Shown here: positions 32,489 to 42,014 of the stretch, piece after piece
How positions within the stretch are numbered: position 1 is the first letter of the stretch
Layout of the letters: the number at the start of each line of letters is the position of its first letter
Source of the DNA: a virus
Length of the DNA: 55,042 bases
Virus record (IMG/VR): IMGVR_UViG_3300045988_114880
Reading direction: 5' to 3' (one strand)
Translations under genes and position numbers: made by a program
Notes under the pieces: generated by a model
Databases searched by the model: none
The model's input: the letters and a program-made list of their open reading frames with translations, nothing else
Told to the model about the DNA's origin: nothing

Positions 32489-33251
32489 AGAAATACAGCG
32501 GAGTGATATAAACTTCGCTAACTACAATCCTCGCAAAATAACACAAGAAGCAAGAAAGAACCTGAAAGCAAACCTAAAGCGTGTAGGGTTGCTTGGTGGT
32601 ATCGTATGGAATGAGGTTACTGGCAACCTTGTTTCTGGTCATCAACGTATTTCAGTGATAGATGAAGTAAATAAATACAATCCTGGCACGAGAACTAATG
32701 ATTATTTGATTCGTGTTGAAGTAGTTCACATGGACGAAAAAACTGAAAAAGAGCAGAATATCTTTATGAATAACAGAAGCGTACAAGGCGATTTTGATTC
32801 AGATATGTTAAAAGATATGCTTGATGGAATTGATTATAGCCTTGCCGGACTGAATGACTTCGATTTGAATATGCTTGGAATTGGTGATTTGGACTTTTCT
32901 ATTAACGATGATATTTGGAGAAAGGAAGATATATTGGACGATTCATTATCAGCCATAGATGAAGCTACTAAAGAAGGTAAAGAGAATAAAGACATTAACC
33001 GTTCCAATAATTTTTATGAGGATTCAAAAGAAAATCAAATTGTACGTCACAATGAAGTGCAAAAGATAAAAGACAGAATTAGCAACCAAAATAGCTTTGA
33101 AAAGGATAACGGAATGTTAAGCTATGTCGTGCTGTCTTTTAATAGCCCAACAGAAAGGGCTAATTTCATGAAGATGTTCGGTTATGGATTTGAAGAACGA
33201 TACATTGATGGAAAAGAATTTATGGATAGAATAGAATTTGGGGTAGAATAA
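32454..33251 (+). CDS. ParB-like nuclease-domain protein
   Basis: NYNPRKI...LKANLKRVGLLGGIVWN...LVSGHQRISV. Confidence 0.65.
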   Translation: MKENKITQPESREIQRSDINFANYNPRKITQEARKNLKANLKRVGLLGGIVWNEVTGNLVSGHQRISVIDEVNKYNPGTRTNDYLIRVEVVHMDEKTEKEQNIFMNNRSVQGDFDSDMLKDMLDGIDYSLAGLNDFDLNMLGIGDLDFSINDDIWRKEDILDDSLSAIDEATKEGKENKDINRSNNFYEDSKENQIVRHNEVQKIKDRISNQNSFEKDNGMLSYVVLSFNSPTERANFMKMFGYGFEERYIDGKEFMDRIEFGVE

Positions 33252-33628
33252 TGGCGAACGAACAGAATTTAACGCAGAAAGGCAAACGCATTAGCACAGA
33301 GAGAGCGCAGGAACTCGCAAGACTTTCGGCTGAATCGAGAAGACAGAAAAAGGAACTTGTGAAAACCGCAAGAGAGTTTGCCATTGCTGCGTTGAATGCT
33401 GAAACTACAGATGATAAAGGTCGGAAATACATTGTAAAGGATGCCATGATAAAAAAACTCATAGCGAAAGCTGTGGGTGATGCGGATTTGAACGCTATAA
33501 GGTATTTATTAGAACTTATCGGTGAATCTCCTGCTGATGAAAACCAAAAGATTGCAAATGCTGATATTCCAACAGACATAGAGCATGGCATCAACATTGA
33601 TTCCTGGATTAAAGACAAGCTAAAATGA
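33251..33628 (+). CDS. terS: Terminase small subunit (by position and basic helical N-terminus)
   Basis: 125-aa basic protein ATGA-coupled to terL. Confidence 0.55.
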   Translation: MANEQNLTQKGKRISTERAQELARLSAESRRQKKELVKTAREFAIAALNAETTDDKGRKYIVKDAMIKKLIAKAVGDADLNAIRYLLELIGESPADENQKIANADIPTDIEHGINIDSWIKDKLK

Positions 33629-34893
33629 TAGTACCCCAAGAAATTTACCATCCATTATATGAGGATAAGGAAAAATTTATAATTCTTATCACCGGTGGGC
33701 GTGGTAGCGGAAAGTCTTTCAATGCTTCTACTTTTATTGAGCGGTTGACTTTTGAAATGACTCCTGTAGAGAAAATAGTTCATCAGATTCTTTACACCCG
33801 TTACACGATGGTTTCTGCCGGTATGTCTATCATCCCCGAAATGATGGAGAAGATAGATTTGGACGGTACCACGAAATATTTCAAGACCACAAAGACGGAC
33901 ATAGTCAATAAGATGACTAAGAGCCGTATCATGTTCCGGGGTATCAAGACTTCTTCCGGGAACCAGACAGCAAAACTGAAATCCATTCAAGGCATTACGA
34001 CTTTCGTCTGCGATGAAGCGGAAGAGTGGACAAGCGAAGATGAGTTCGACAAGATAATGCTCTCCATTCGCAAGAAGGGTATTCAGAACCGGATTATCAT
34101 TATAATGAACCCATGCGATTCCAATCACTTCATCTACAAGAAATACATTGAGAAAACTCACAAGCTGGTAGAGATTGACGGTGTGCAGGTTCAGATTTCC
34201 ACTCATCCGAATGTGCTCCATATCCATACTACGTATTTTGATAACTTGGATAACCTTTCTCCTGAGTTCCTGAAAGAGGTGGAAGATATAAAGGTGAGTA
34301 ATCCTGAAAAGTATGCTCATGTGGTTATCGGCCGGTGGGCTGACGTTGCAGAAGGTGCTGTGTTCAAGAAGTGGGGAATTGTTGACGAGTTCCCGGCTTG
34401 GGCAAAGAAAATTGCTTTCGGGCAAGACTTCGGTTATACGCATGACCCGTCTGCTTCCATTCGTTGTGGTATCGTTGATAACGCCCTTTACTTGGATGAA
34501 GTGGATTACCGTACTGGATTGCTTTCTTCTGACATCATCAAGACTCTTCGCCCGTGGGGATTGAAAGTCATTGCTGACAGCGCAGACCCACGTTTGATTC
34601 AAGAGATACACAACGGAGGAATCAAGATATATGCCGTAGAGAAAGGTGCAGGCTCTATCAATGCCGGAATTGACAAAATGAAAGATATGGAGATTTATAT
34701 AACCAAACGCTCGTACAACTTGCAAAGCGAGTTCAGAAAGTATGTTTGGGCAAAGGATAAGGACGGGAACTATATCAACGAACCGGAAGACCATGACAAT
34801 CACGGAATAGATGCTGTACGTTACTATGTATTGGGTGAGCTTCTTGGTAAGATTCAGAAGCCGAAAGATTTAACAGGAATATTCACACATTAA
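33625..34893 (+). CDS. terL: Terminase large subunit
   Basis: Walker A ITGGRGSGKSF, Walker B-like TFVCDEAEEW, C-terminal nuclease Asp residues. Confidence 0.85.
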   Translation: MIVPQEIYHPLYEDKEKFIILITGGRGSGKSFNASTFIERLTFEMTPVEKIVHQILYTRYTMVSAGMSIIPEMMEKIDLDGTTKYFKTTKTDIVNKMTKSRIMFRGIKTSSGNQTAKLKSIQGITTFVCDEAEEWTSEDEFDKIMLSIRKKGIQNRIIIIMNPCDSNHFIYKKYIEKTHKLVEIDGVQVQISTHPNVLHIHTTYFDNLDNLSPEFLKEVEDIKVSNPEKYAHVVIGRWADVAEGAVFKKWGIVDEFPAWAKKIAFGQDFGYTHDPSASIRCGIVDNALYLDEVDYRTGLLSSDIIKTLRPWGLKVIADSADPRLIQEIHNGGIKIYAVEKGAGSINAGIDKMKDMEIYITKRSYNLQSEFRKYVWAKDKDGNYINEPEDHDNHGIDAVRYYVLGELLGKIQKPKDLTGIFTH

Positions 34894-34904
34894 AAATATA
34901 AACT

Positions 34905-36392
34905 ATGCCATTGAATTTAGAAGAAATATTAGCATTGCCTGACATCGGGCAGAAGATAAACTACCTGAAGAAAGGTAGGAAGACTGAACTTCCCGACCGT
35001 TGCAAACTTTGGGATGATTGGAATCCGGAACGACATGAAATCATGGTTGACAAAAAGAAATATCCGGACAGAAAGGTTCTTGAAAAAGAAGCAGAGAAGC
35101 ACTTCGATGAAAAAACTGGTAAGACTTATGAAATCGAAGCAAAGTATAAGACTGAACCGGTGAACCGTATTTCCATTCCATTGGAACAAGATATAGTGAA
35201 CATCCAAACTGCTTTCACGGTCGGCACAGAACCGTCTATGGATTGCATTCCGACTGATGATGATGAAAAGAAGCTGCTGGATGCGGTAAAGGCTGTATTT
35301 AAATCCAACAAAATCAAATACCAAAACAAGAAGATTGTCCGTGCCTGGCTCTCCGAACAAGAAGCGGCAGAATATTGGTATGTTACCGATGATGATTCGT
35401 TTTGGGCAAAGTTTTGGAAGAAAATAAAGACTTCTTTCGGTGGCAAGGTCAAGCCCACCAAGAAACTGAAAAGCGTGTTATGGTCTCCATTCAGAGGTGA
35501 TAAGCTATACCCGTTCTTTAACGACGAAGGTAAAATGATTGCTTTCTCACGTGAGTATAAAAAGAAGCTCATGGATGATTCGGAGGTCACCTGCTTTATG
35601 ACTATCACGGACAAAATGGTTTATCAATGGGATTTGTCTAAAGGGTATGAAGAAAGAACGCCTTTTGCTCATGGATTCCCAAAACTACCGGTTCTCTATG
35701 CTTATCGTCCTGAATCTTATTGCAAGAAGATAAAGACATTCCGTGTCCGGCTGGAAAAACTGTTATCTAATTATGCTGATTGTATAGACTACCATTTCTT
35801 CCCACTGCTGAAGCTAATTGGAGATGTAGAGGGTTTCATGGGTAAGGTTAAGGATAGAATGGTCAAACTTACAGGTGAAGGTGCGGATGCCCAGTATCTG
35901 ACGTGGAACCAAGTTCCGGATACGGTACGTTTTGAAGCAGAAACACTCACTAATATGGCTTATGATATGTCAAACACTCCAAGAATATCCTTTGAGACGT
36001 TGAAGGGGGTAGGCAAAGCATCAGGAACCGCTTTCCGCTTTATGTTCATGGGTGCACATATGGCGGTAGAAAATCACGGTGAGGTTATCGGTGAGTTCTT
36101 GCAGCGGAGAGTAAATTTCATTGTTTCCGCTTTAGGCTCTATCAATCCAACCGAGTTTAGCAAGGCATCGCAGACCATTGACATAGAAACAGAACTGGTT
36201 CCATATATGATTGATGATTTGAATGATAAGGTGACTACTGCCGTTTCCGCTGTCAGTGGTGGCATCTGGTCAACGCGTGAGGGAATCATGTTTGCCGGAA
36301 ATGCTGATAGGGTAGAAGAGGAACTTGCAGAAATCAAGGAGGAACAAGGGGCAAAGAATAGTAATGCAGCGTTTCCTAACTTCAAGGGATAA
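34905..36392 (+). CDS. Portal protein
   Basis: 495-aa ORF immediately after terL; SPP1-type size and position. Confidence 0.7.
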   Translation: MPLNLEEILALPDIGQKINYLKKGRKTELPDRCKLWDDWNPERHEIMVDKKKYPDRKVLEKEAEKHFDEKTGKTYEIEAKYKTEPVNRISIPLEQDIVNIQTAFTVGTEPSMDCIPTDDDEKKLLDAVKAVFKSNKIKYQNKKIVRAWLSEQEAAEYWYVTDDDSFWAKFWKKIKTSFGGKVKPTKKLKSVLWSPFRGDKLYPFFNDEGKMIAFSREYKKKLMDDSEVTCFMTITDKMVYQWDLSKGYEERTPFAHGFPKLPVLYAYRPESYCKKIKTFRVRLEKLLSNYADCIDYHFFPLLKLIGDVEGFMGKVKDRMVKLTGEGADAQYLTWNQVPDTVRFEAETLTNMAYDMSNTPRISFETLKGVGKASGTAFRFMFMGAHMAVENHGEVIGEFLQRRVNFIVSALGSINPTEFSKASQTIDIETELVPYMIDDLNDKVTTAVSAVSGGIWSTREGIMFAGNADRVEEELAEIKEEQGAKNSNAAFPNFKG

Positions 36393-36516
36393 TTCATTAC
36401 TTCATGTTTTTATAGTACTATTGAGCGGAGCTAATTTAGTTCCGCTTTTTTTATTGCTAAATTCTATATTATAGAATATATTTCTTGGAAAAATTTTATA
36501 ATTCAAAATTAATTCA

Positions 36517-36524
36517 TATTTTTG
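36517..36524 (+). promoter_or_regulatory. -7 promoter box TATTTTTG for higBA
   Basis: TAnnTTTG match 18 nt before ATG 36542; the terminator AGCGGA/TCCGCT plus T run lies just upstream. Confidence 0.45.
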
Positions 36525-36541
36525 CATCAAATAAATGAGAT

Positions 36542-36841
36542 ATGAGAATTGTATCACATAAGAAATTGAAAGAGTTCTACGAAACGAAAGGCTATGAAGA
36601 TTCACGCATAGCTTTAGAACGTTGGTATGATATAGCGGAAAAAGCTGAATGGAAGAACCTATCAGACATTAAAGTAGATTTTCCTGCTGCTGATTATGTA
36701 GGCAACCAGCACTATGTATTCAATATTAGAGGTAACAATTATCGACTGATAGTAGTTGTAAAGTTTACAATGGGCTATATTTTTATTCGGAAAGTGTGTA
36801 CCCATAAAGAATATGATAAAATAGATTGTTCAACCATTTAA
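36542..36841 (+). CDS. higB: HigB-family toxin (mRNA interferase)
   Basis: MRIVSHKKLKEFYE...WYDIAEKAEWKNLSDIK...NIRGNNYRLIVVVKF...IFIRKVCTHKEYDK. Confidence 0.8.
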   Translation: MRIVSHKKLKEFYETKGYEDSRIALERWYDIAEKAEWKNLSDIKVDFPAADYVGNQHYVFNIRGNNYRLIVVVKFTMGYIFIRKVCTHKEYDKIDCSTI

Positions 36842-36851
36842 GATACAGGAT

Positions 36852-37214
36852 ATGAATAAAGTTAGTAAAGAACAATATGAATTTGCTTTGGCAAGAGTAG
36901 AGGAACTTCTGCCATTGGTTGATGATAATACCCCTGCAAACGATAAAAATGCGGTGGAGCTTACAGTTATGTCCGATATTGTGATAGCATACGAAAAAGA
37001 ACATTATCCGATAGAAAAACCGACTGTTGCGGAATTGATAGAGCTATCTCTTGAAGAGAAAGGGATGAGTCAAAAGCAACTTGCTGGTGAGATTGGAATA
37101 AGTCCATCGCGTGTGAATGACTATATTTCTGGACGTTCGGAACCGACCCTCAAAATTGCGAGGTTGCTATGTCGAGTGTTGAATATACCTCCAGCCGCGA
37201 TGTTGGGTTTCTGA
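36852..37214 (+). CDS. higA: HigA-family antitoxin (XRE HTH)
   Basis: C-terminal HTH KGMSQKQLAGEIGISPSRVNDYISGRSEPTLKIARLL; follows higB. Confidence 0.8.
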   Translation: MNKVSKEQYEFALARVEELLPLVDDNTPANDKNAVELTVMSDIVIAYEKEHYPIEKPTVAELIELSLEEKGMSQKQLAGEIGISPSRVNDYISGRSEPTLKIARLLCRVLNIPPAAMLGF

Positions 37215-37236
37215 TTAGTTCATAAGAAGAATATTT

Positions 37237-37268
37237 AGGCGTGATTCATTCGGTTTCACGCCTTTTTT
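37237..37268 (+). terminator. Rho-independent terminator after higA
   Basis: AGGCGTGA/TCACGCCT stem followed by T6. Confidence 0.7.
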
Positions 37269-37277
37269 ATACCATTT

Positions 37278-37301
37278 TACGACAATCGTTTCATTGTCGT
37301 G
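37278..37301 (+). promoter_or_regulatory. Conserved hairpin ACGACAAT-N6-ATTGTCGT(GTAT), copy 2
   Basis: Same sequence family as 30987 and 48658; directly upstream of the head genes. Confidence 0.6.
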
Positions 37302-37337
37302 TATCACCTATCTGATAATTTCTCACATAGCTTATTA

Positions 37338-38030
37338 ATGCCGAAATTTACCGTAGAAATTTATAAATCAAATTCATACGGTATGACAATCTTAGAACAA
37401 ATCTTAGCAGGCCTTCAAACCAAGTTTTCTGGGGTGGATGCTGCTATTCTTGCCCGAATTGCCACTAAAAAGGCAGAGGGTGTAACGGACGCAGGCCAAG
37501 TACCTACCATTGTGGAGGGAATTAGCTTTTCGGACGTGCTAACAAATTATGGTGATTTCCGTGCCGGGGATGCTTCTTTCAAGTCAGTTCAGAACTACGA
37601 GAAGAAGCATAACCTTAAAGACGGTAAGCCAGTCGAGACTACCACTACTACCACAACCACCAAAGCGGAAGACAAGCCGGATGATATGGCTACCATCATT
37701 GCCAATGCAGTGAGTGCAGCCGTTAAACCGCTTTCTGACAAGCTCGCTCAGTTTGAAACGGAAAAGTCGCAAGCAACCCGGCAGGAGCAGATTATGGCAA
37801 AGGCAAAGGAGTATGGTATTCCCGAAAACTACGCCAAACGATGCGCCATTAAGGACGATGAGGACTTGGACGCATACTTCAAGGACTTGAAGCAGGAGTT
37901 TGCGAATGACGGCTTTAAGGGTGTAGTTCCTCCAGATACAGCAAAAAAAGAACTGGAGAATGAGACTCAGGCGTTTGCGAAAATGATTGCAGACGACACT
38001 AAAGAAATTGTAGAACAACAAAAACAGTGA
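37338..38030 (+). CDS. Scaffolding protein (start 37338 or 37383)
   Basis: Acidic helical protein with a T8 linker, between portal and capsid genes. Confidence 0.6.
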   Translation: MPKFTVEIYKSNSYGMTILEQILAGLQTKFSGVDAAILARIATKKAEGVTDAGQVPTIVEGISFSDVLTNYGDFRAGDASFKSVQNYEKKHNLKDGKPVETTTTTTTTKAEDKPDDMATIIANAVSAAVKPLSDKLAQFETEKSQATRQEQIMAKAKEYGIPENYAKRCAIKDDEDLDAYFKDLKQEFANDGFKGVVPPDTAKKELENETQAFAKMIADDTKEIVEQQKQ

Positions 38031-38034
38031 TTTT

Positions 38035-38886
38035 ATGGCAGCAGGATTTAAGTATAATCTTGAACCGGAAGTTGAGCAGGAAGAACGCTACGACGTAGAA
38101 ACCGGACGCAGACGCAGAGGTCCGTACAAGTTGGACACAACCAACCTCGTTGTCGGCTCGTACTTGCCCTCATTCACACCGATTGCAGCTGACTTGGTGA
38201 AGAAAACATCCCAAGTGGCTATCCGTGTGGAAGTATATGAGAAGTTTACAACAGGCTCCAATACCACATTGAAAATCAAGAAACGTTCTTTGGCTTACAA
38301 AGGTATGCACTTGGGTAACGGTGCGCATGGAGCGACAATCAACGCTATTGACAAGGCTGACAAAGCTTTTGATAAGCTGACGTTAGCGGCAGACTTTGGA
38401 GAAAATCTAGAAGCTGGAACAGTTCTTTACGAAGCGACAGCCGCAGATGGTACAACGCCCAAAGTTATCGCAAATTCAGCTCTGTATGAAAGGAAGCAGG
38501 TAGAGGATGGCATAGTATTGGTTTCCCTTTTGATGCGTGCGTTTGAAATCGAACCGACCAAGCTGGTAATGCCTTTCGCAGATATTGACAAGGCGAATAT
38601 GCCGCACTTCCAGTTTAATGCTCAGGATGTCAAACAAGAAAAAGACACTGTATCAATTCCTAAGGCTTCTTCTAGTCAGGACGGTTTGATGAGTAAGGAA
38701 GATAAAGCCAAATTGGATGGGGTTGCAGCACAAGCTAACAAGTATACTTTAACAGCAGCTACGCCTTCTGCTCTTGGAGGTGTAAATCAGGCAGCCAAAG
38801 TGAATGATGCATCTGGTACGGTGTCGGTAGAAAACTTTAACGGATTATTGACAGCGTTGAAAAACGCAGGTATAATGGCAAAATAA
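38035..38886 (+). CDS. Head decoration / head-fibre-like protein
   Basis: Position before the major capsid gene; C-terminal SSQDGLMSKEDKAKLDG fibre-type motif. Confidence 0.45.
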   Translation: MAAGFKYNLEPEVEQEERYDVETGRRRRGPYKLDTTNLVVGSYLPSFTPIAADLVKKTSQVAIRVEVYEKFTTGSNTTLKIKKRSLAYKGMHLGNGAHGATINAIDKADKAFDKLTLAADFGENLEAGTVLYEATAADGTTPKVIANSALYERKQVEDGIVLVSLLMRAFEIEPTKLVMPFADIDKANMPHFQFNAQDVKQEKDTVSIPKASSSQDGLMSKEDKAKLDGVAAQANKYTLTAATPSALGGVNQAAKVNDASGTVSVENFNGLLTALKNAGIMAK

Positions 38887-38904
38887 AGAAAGGAGGACTA
38901 ATAT

Positions 38905-39987
38905 ATGATGCTAACTATTCATACATTGTTTAATGACCCGAACATTGTAAATGCAGTGATTCAGCGTGTCCTCAAGACAAGAAAGGACACAATTTATTGG
39001 CAGCAGTATTTGGGCTTCCGTAGGACTACTACTCGTGTATTTAAAGACTACATCGGTCAGGTTACTGGCGTGATGGCTGGTTCCATCAACTCCCGTTATG
39101 GCGAAAAGCCTATCCGTGAACGCAGGAATATCGGTTCCGGATATGGTGAGATTGCCTATTTGGGTGACCGCTATCAAATCTCAATTGACCGTTTGTCTGA
39201 CTTGCAGGACTTGATAGATAAGTATAATGCCGCCAAACCGGAAGACCAGAAAGCAGCCATGCGTGACATCGTGGACTTCATCTATGACGATTACCGTCAG
39301 GTATTGCTGGCACCGCACAAGCGTATGGACATTATCGTAGGCTCTCTGTTGATGACTGGAGCAGCAAGCGTGAAGAACAAGGACGACAATGCCGGAGGAT
39401 TTGACTTATTGAACATCGACTTGCCGTTCAAGTTTATCAAGCCGGACACAGAGGATAAAAACTATTTCGTCACTTACTTGCAGCAGAAACTGAATGAGCT
39501 GAAATCTATTTACGGCACATTCCCCAAGATGATTATGAGCCGTGGCACATTCGTCAAGAACATCATCGGGTCAAGCGAGTTCGGTGATAAGTTCAAGATG
39601 CAGCTTACAGGTAATGAAATGTATATGTCTACCGGGCTTATCACCTCGCAACTGGCTTCTACCATTTTTACAGGTATCGGACTTCCGGCTATTGAAATCA
39701 AGGAAGATTATGTGGTAGACCAAACAGGTAAGAATATCCCCATTTATGCAGATGGTCGTATTTCCCTGCTTCCGCAGGATAAAATCGGTTATATGCGCTT
39801 CCACACTCCTTATGAAGCTGTGGATGGTGTACCGGGACGTAATTACACTCAGGCAGATGGCGATATGCTGATTTCAGGTTACAAGGACGGCAATGGTCGC
39901 TATCTGGAATACACAGCCGAATGGATTCCGCAGATTGCGAACCCGAACCTGATTGTGAACTTCGATTTGAGTGAGATGAACGCATGA
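38905..39987 (+). CDS. Major capsid protein (capsid-E-like)
   Basis: 360-aa ORF after scaffold and decoration genes; strong AGGAGG element upstream. Confidence 0.65.
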   Translation: MMLTIHTLFNDPNIVNAVIQRVLKTRKDTIYWQQYLGFRRTTTRVFKDYIGQVTGVMAGSINSRYGEKPIRERRNIGSGYGEIAYLGDRYQISIDRLSDLQDLIDKYNAAKPEDQKAAMRDIVDFIYDDYRQVLLAPHKRMDIIVGSLLMTGAASVKNKDDNAGGFDLLNIDLPFKFIKPDTEDKNYFVTYLQQKLNELKSIYGTFPKMIMSRGTFVKNIIGSSEFGDKFKMQLTGNEMYMSTGLITSQLASTIFTGIGLPAIEIKEDYVVDQTGKNIPIYADGRISLLPQDKIGYMRFHTPYEAVDGVPGRNYTQADGDMLISGYKDGNGRYLEYTAEWIPQIANPNLIVNFDLSEMNA

Positions 39988-40298
39988 CAGTAAACGATTA
40001 TATATTACAGAAGTTTCAGACCTTCGGCGTTAACTTGTCGGAGGCTGACCTTTTCGATATATGTCTGAACGCAAAGATAAGCGGAGGGGGTGAGATGAAC
40101 GAGGATTGCCAAACACGGGTGTCGGTGGCAATTGCGAAGTTCATCCCCTCTCTATTGCTTCGTGCCACTTCCATCAGCGAAAGCGGTTTTTCTATGTCTT
40201 GGAACATTCAAGGCATTAAGGATTACTATTCATTTCTGTGCAAGCGGTACGGTTTGAAAGACGAACTGGGTAACAAACCTAAAGTGACTTTCTTATGA
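39984..40298 (+). CDS. Head-tail connector protein (by position)
   Basis: ATGA-coupled 104-aa ORF after the capsid gene. Confidence 0.4.
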   Translation: MTVNDYILQKFQTFGVNLSEADLFDICLNAKISGGGEMNEDCQTRVSVAIAKFIPSLLLRATSISESGFSMSWNIQGIKDYYSFLCKRYGLKDELGNKPKVTFL

Positions 40299-40618
40299 TA
40301 TTCGCTCCACACATATTGCAGGTAAAAGTTATCACCCCGATGGATAAGGATGAGTTTGGCAGACCTATTCCCGGAACAGGTGGTGAAAGCTGGCAGGAGG
40401 TATGCAAGTGCCGTTGTGATGATAACACTACCAAAGAGTTTTCATCTGATAACGGCTCTGTGTATCGTCCGAATTATCATGTGGTATGCGAGAAGAGAAT
40501 TACTGTCAAGGCTGGTGATGAAGTACGTTGCATGGATGGTGATGGCGTAAGAGGTCAAGGCGAAGTTTATACAGTGAAGAGTACAAACTACTTTAACTAC
40601 TCGGAATTATGGATGTAG
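40295..40618 (+). CDS. Head-closure / head-tail joining protein (by position)
   Basis: Coupled 107-aa ORF. Confidence 0.4.
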   Translation: MIFAPHILQVKVITPMDKDEFGRPIPGTGGESWQEVCKCRCDDNTTKEFSSDNGSVYRPNYHVVCEKRITVKAGDEVRCMDGDGVRGQGEVYTVKSTNYFNYSELWM

Positions 40619-40908
40619 ATTTCGATTTCTCAGATGTCGACTCCTTTTTCGATGAAGGAGAATGGGAGGTCGAAAAGAAGATGATTGATGTAGGCGATGA
40701 AGCCGTGAAGTACGCAGAGGAACATGGGGATTATCAAGACCATACACTCACTTTGAGAACGTCCAATGATTACGATGTCAATAAAGACGGTTTGACATTG
40801 AAAAACGAAGCGGAATACGCATCATTCGTAGAATCTAAAGGGTATGATGTTTTGAGTAGTGCTGCTTTATTTGCGGAGAAACGATTAAAAGAAGAATTTG
40901 AAAAATGA
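40609..40908 (+). CDS. HK97 gp10-like neck protein
   Basis: GDYQDHTLTLRTSN...AEYASFVESKGY pattern. Confidence 0.5.
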   Translation: MDVDFDFSDVDSFFDEGEWEVEKKMIDVGDEAVKYAEEHGDYQDHTLTLRTSNDYDVNKDGLTLKNEAEYASFVESKGYDVLSSAALFAEKRLKEEFEK

Positions 40909-41618
40909 AAAAGTACATTGGAACAAAACAGATTGAAGCAGAACCTATGACAATGGGCGAGGCTTATGAAAGAGATTTATTACAAGTTGGCAGAGTGCCT
41001 GATGCAGAGTATGCAAAGCGCATGGGTTATCACGTTAAATATGCTGACGGGTACGAGAGTTGGTCGCCAGCGGAACCGTTTGAGGAGGCGTATAAACTCG
41101 CCGATACATCACTTGACCGTATGCAGATAGAAGCCGAAGAAGTCAATGGAAGATATGTAAAGTTAGCCGCTTTCATAGATTCAGGGAAAATGGATGAAGT
41201 CGTTAATGATATGTACAACAAGTGTTTACTGGAAATGCAGTGTTGTACAATGTTCGACTATATACGGCTTCTTGATACTCGCATACAGCGTATGCAAGGT
41301 TCTGATGGTGCAAAAGTAATAAAGATGAATTTTGGTATGGCTATTATGGCTCTCAAAGCAGGTTTTCCAATTCGTAGAAGCGGTTGGAACGGAAAAGGAT
41401 TAATGGTGTTCAAACAGGTCCCAGCACATATTGATAGTGATATTATCCCCAAGATGCAATCTATTCCGCAATCAGCAAAAGACCTTATTCTGAAAGGCAA
41501 GGGCTTTATTGACTACACAAGCCAGTGTCTTATTTACAATGAGAATACCGGACGCGCTGATTCATGGGTTCCGTCTATCAGTGATGTATTTGCAGAAGAT
41601 TGGGAGATTGTGGAATGA
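40905..41618 (+). CDS. Two-domain protein with a C-terminal DUF2829 (Tad2-like) domain
   Basis: FGMAIMALKAGFPIRRSGWNGKGLMVF ... WVPSISDVFAEDWEIVE, hallmark strings of DUF2829. Confidence 0.7.
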   Translation: MKKYIGTKQIEAEPMTMGEAYERDLLQVGRVPDAEYAKRMGYHVKYADGYESWSPAEPFEEAYKLADTSLDRMQIEAEEVNGRYVKLAAFIDSGKMDEVVNDMYNKCLLEMQCCTMFDYIRLLDTRIQRMQGSDGAKVIKMNFGMAIMALKAGFPIRRSGWNGKGLMVFKQVPAHIDSDIIPKMQSIPQSAKDLILKGKGFIDYTSQCLIYNENTGRADSWVPSISDVFAEDWEIVE

Positions 41619-42010
41619 TAGTAACTACCGACATAGGAAACATCCTCTACCGGGACTGCAAGGCTTTCGGAATAGATCTAGTGCCTGATGGTGAAACGCT
41701 GACGGGTGAATTGAAGTCCGAAAGGATTGTCATCCACACGAAGAAACAACAGCCGGGAAAGTATTGGAAGAAATCTTTCGCAGAAGTGAATCTATGTGTA
41801 CCCAATTTAAGCGAGAATGAAGCGAACACAATCCGGCTTAACGAACTCGAAAGAAAGGCTGGCAAGCTGCTTGATGATGTAGTAAGCACCTATGACGGTA
41901 CAACCTATCGTTATTCTATCGAATCAATTGGCACGGAAGCGGATACAGCTTTGAAATGCCATTACGTGAATGTGAGAATTTTATTTGAAGTAATAAATGT
42001 AAAACTATAA
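41615..42010 (+). CDS. Tail terminator / neck protein (by position)
   Basis: ATGA-coupled ORF before the major tail gene. Confidence 0.4.
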   Translation: MIVTTDIGNILYRDCKAFGIDLVPDGETLTGELKSERIVIHTKKQQPGKYWKKSFAEVNLCVPNLSENEANTIRLNELERKAGKLLDDVVSTYDGTTYRYSIESIGTEADTALKCHYVNVRILFEVINVKL

Positions 42011-42014
42011 GATT

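Noticed and set aside
33655-34803. 382-aa ORF on the minus strand, fully antisense to the terminase large subunit gene
   Set aside because: The sense strand has unmistakable TerL motifs. The antisense translation is low-complexity and motif-free. Such long in-phase antisense ORFs arise when the sense gene avoids TTA/CTA/TCA codons.
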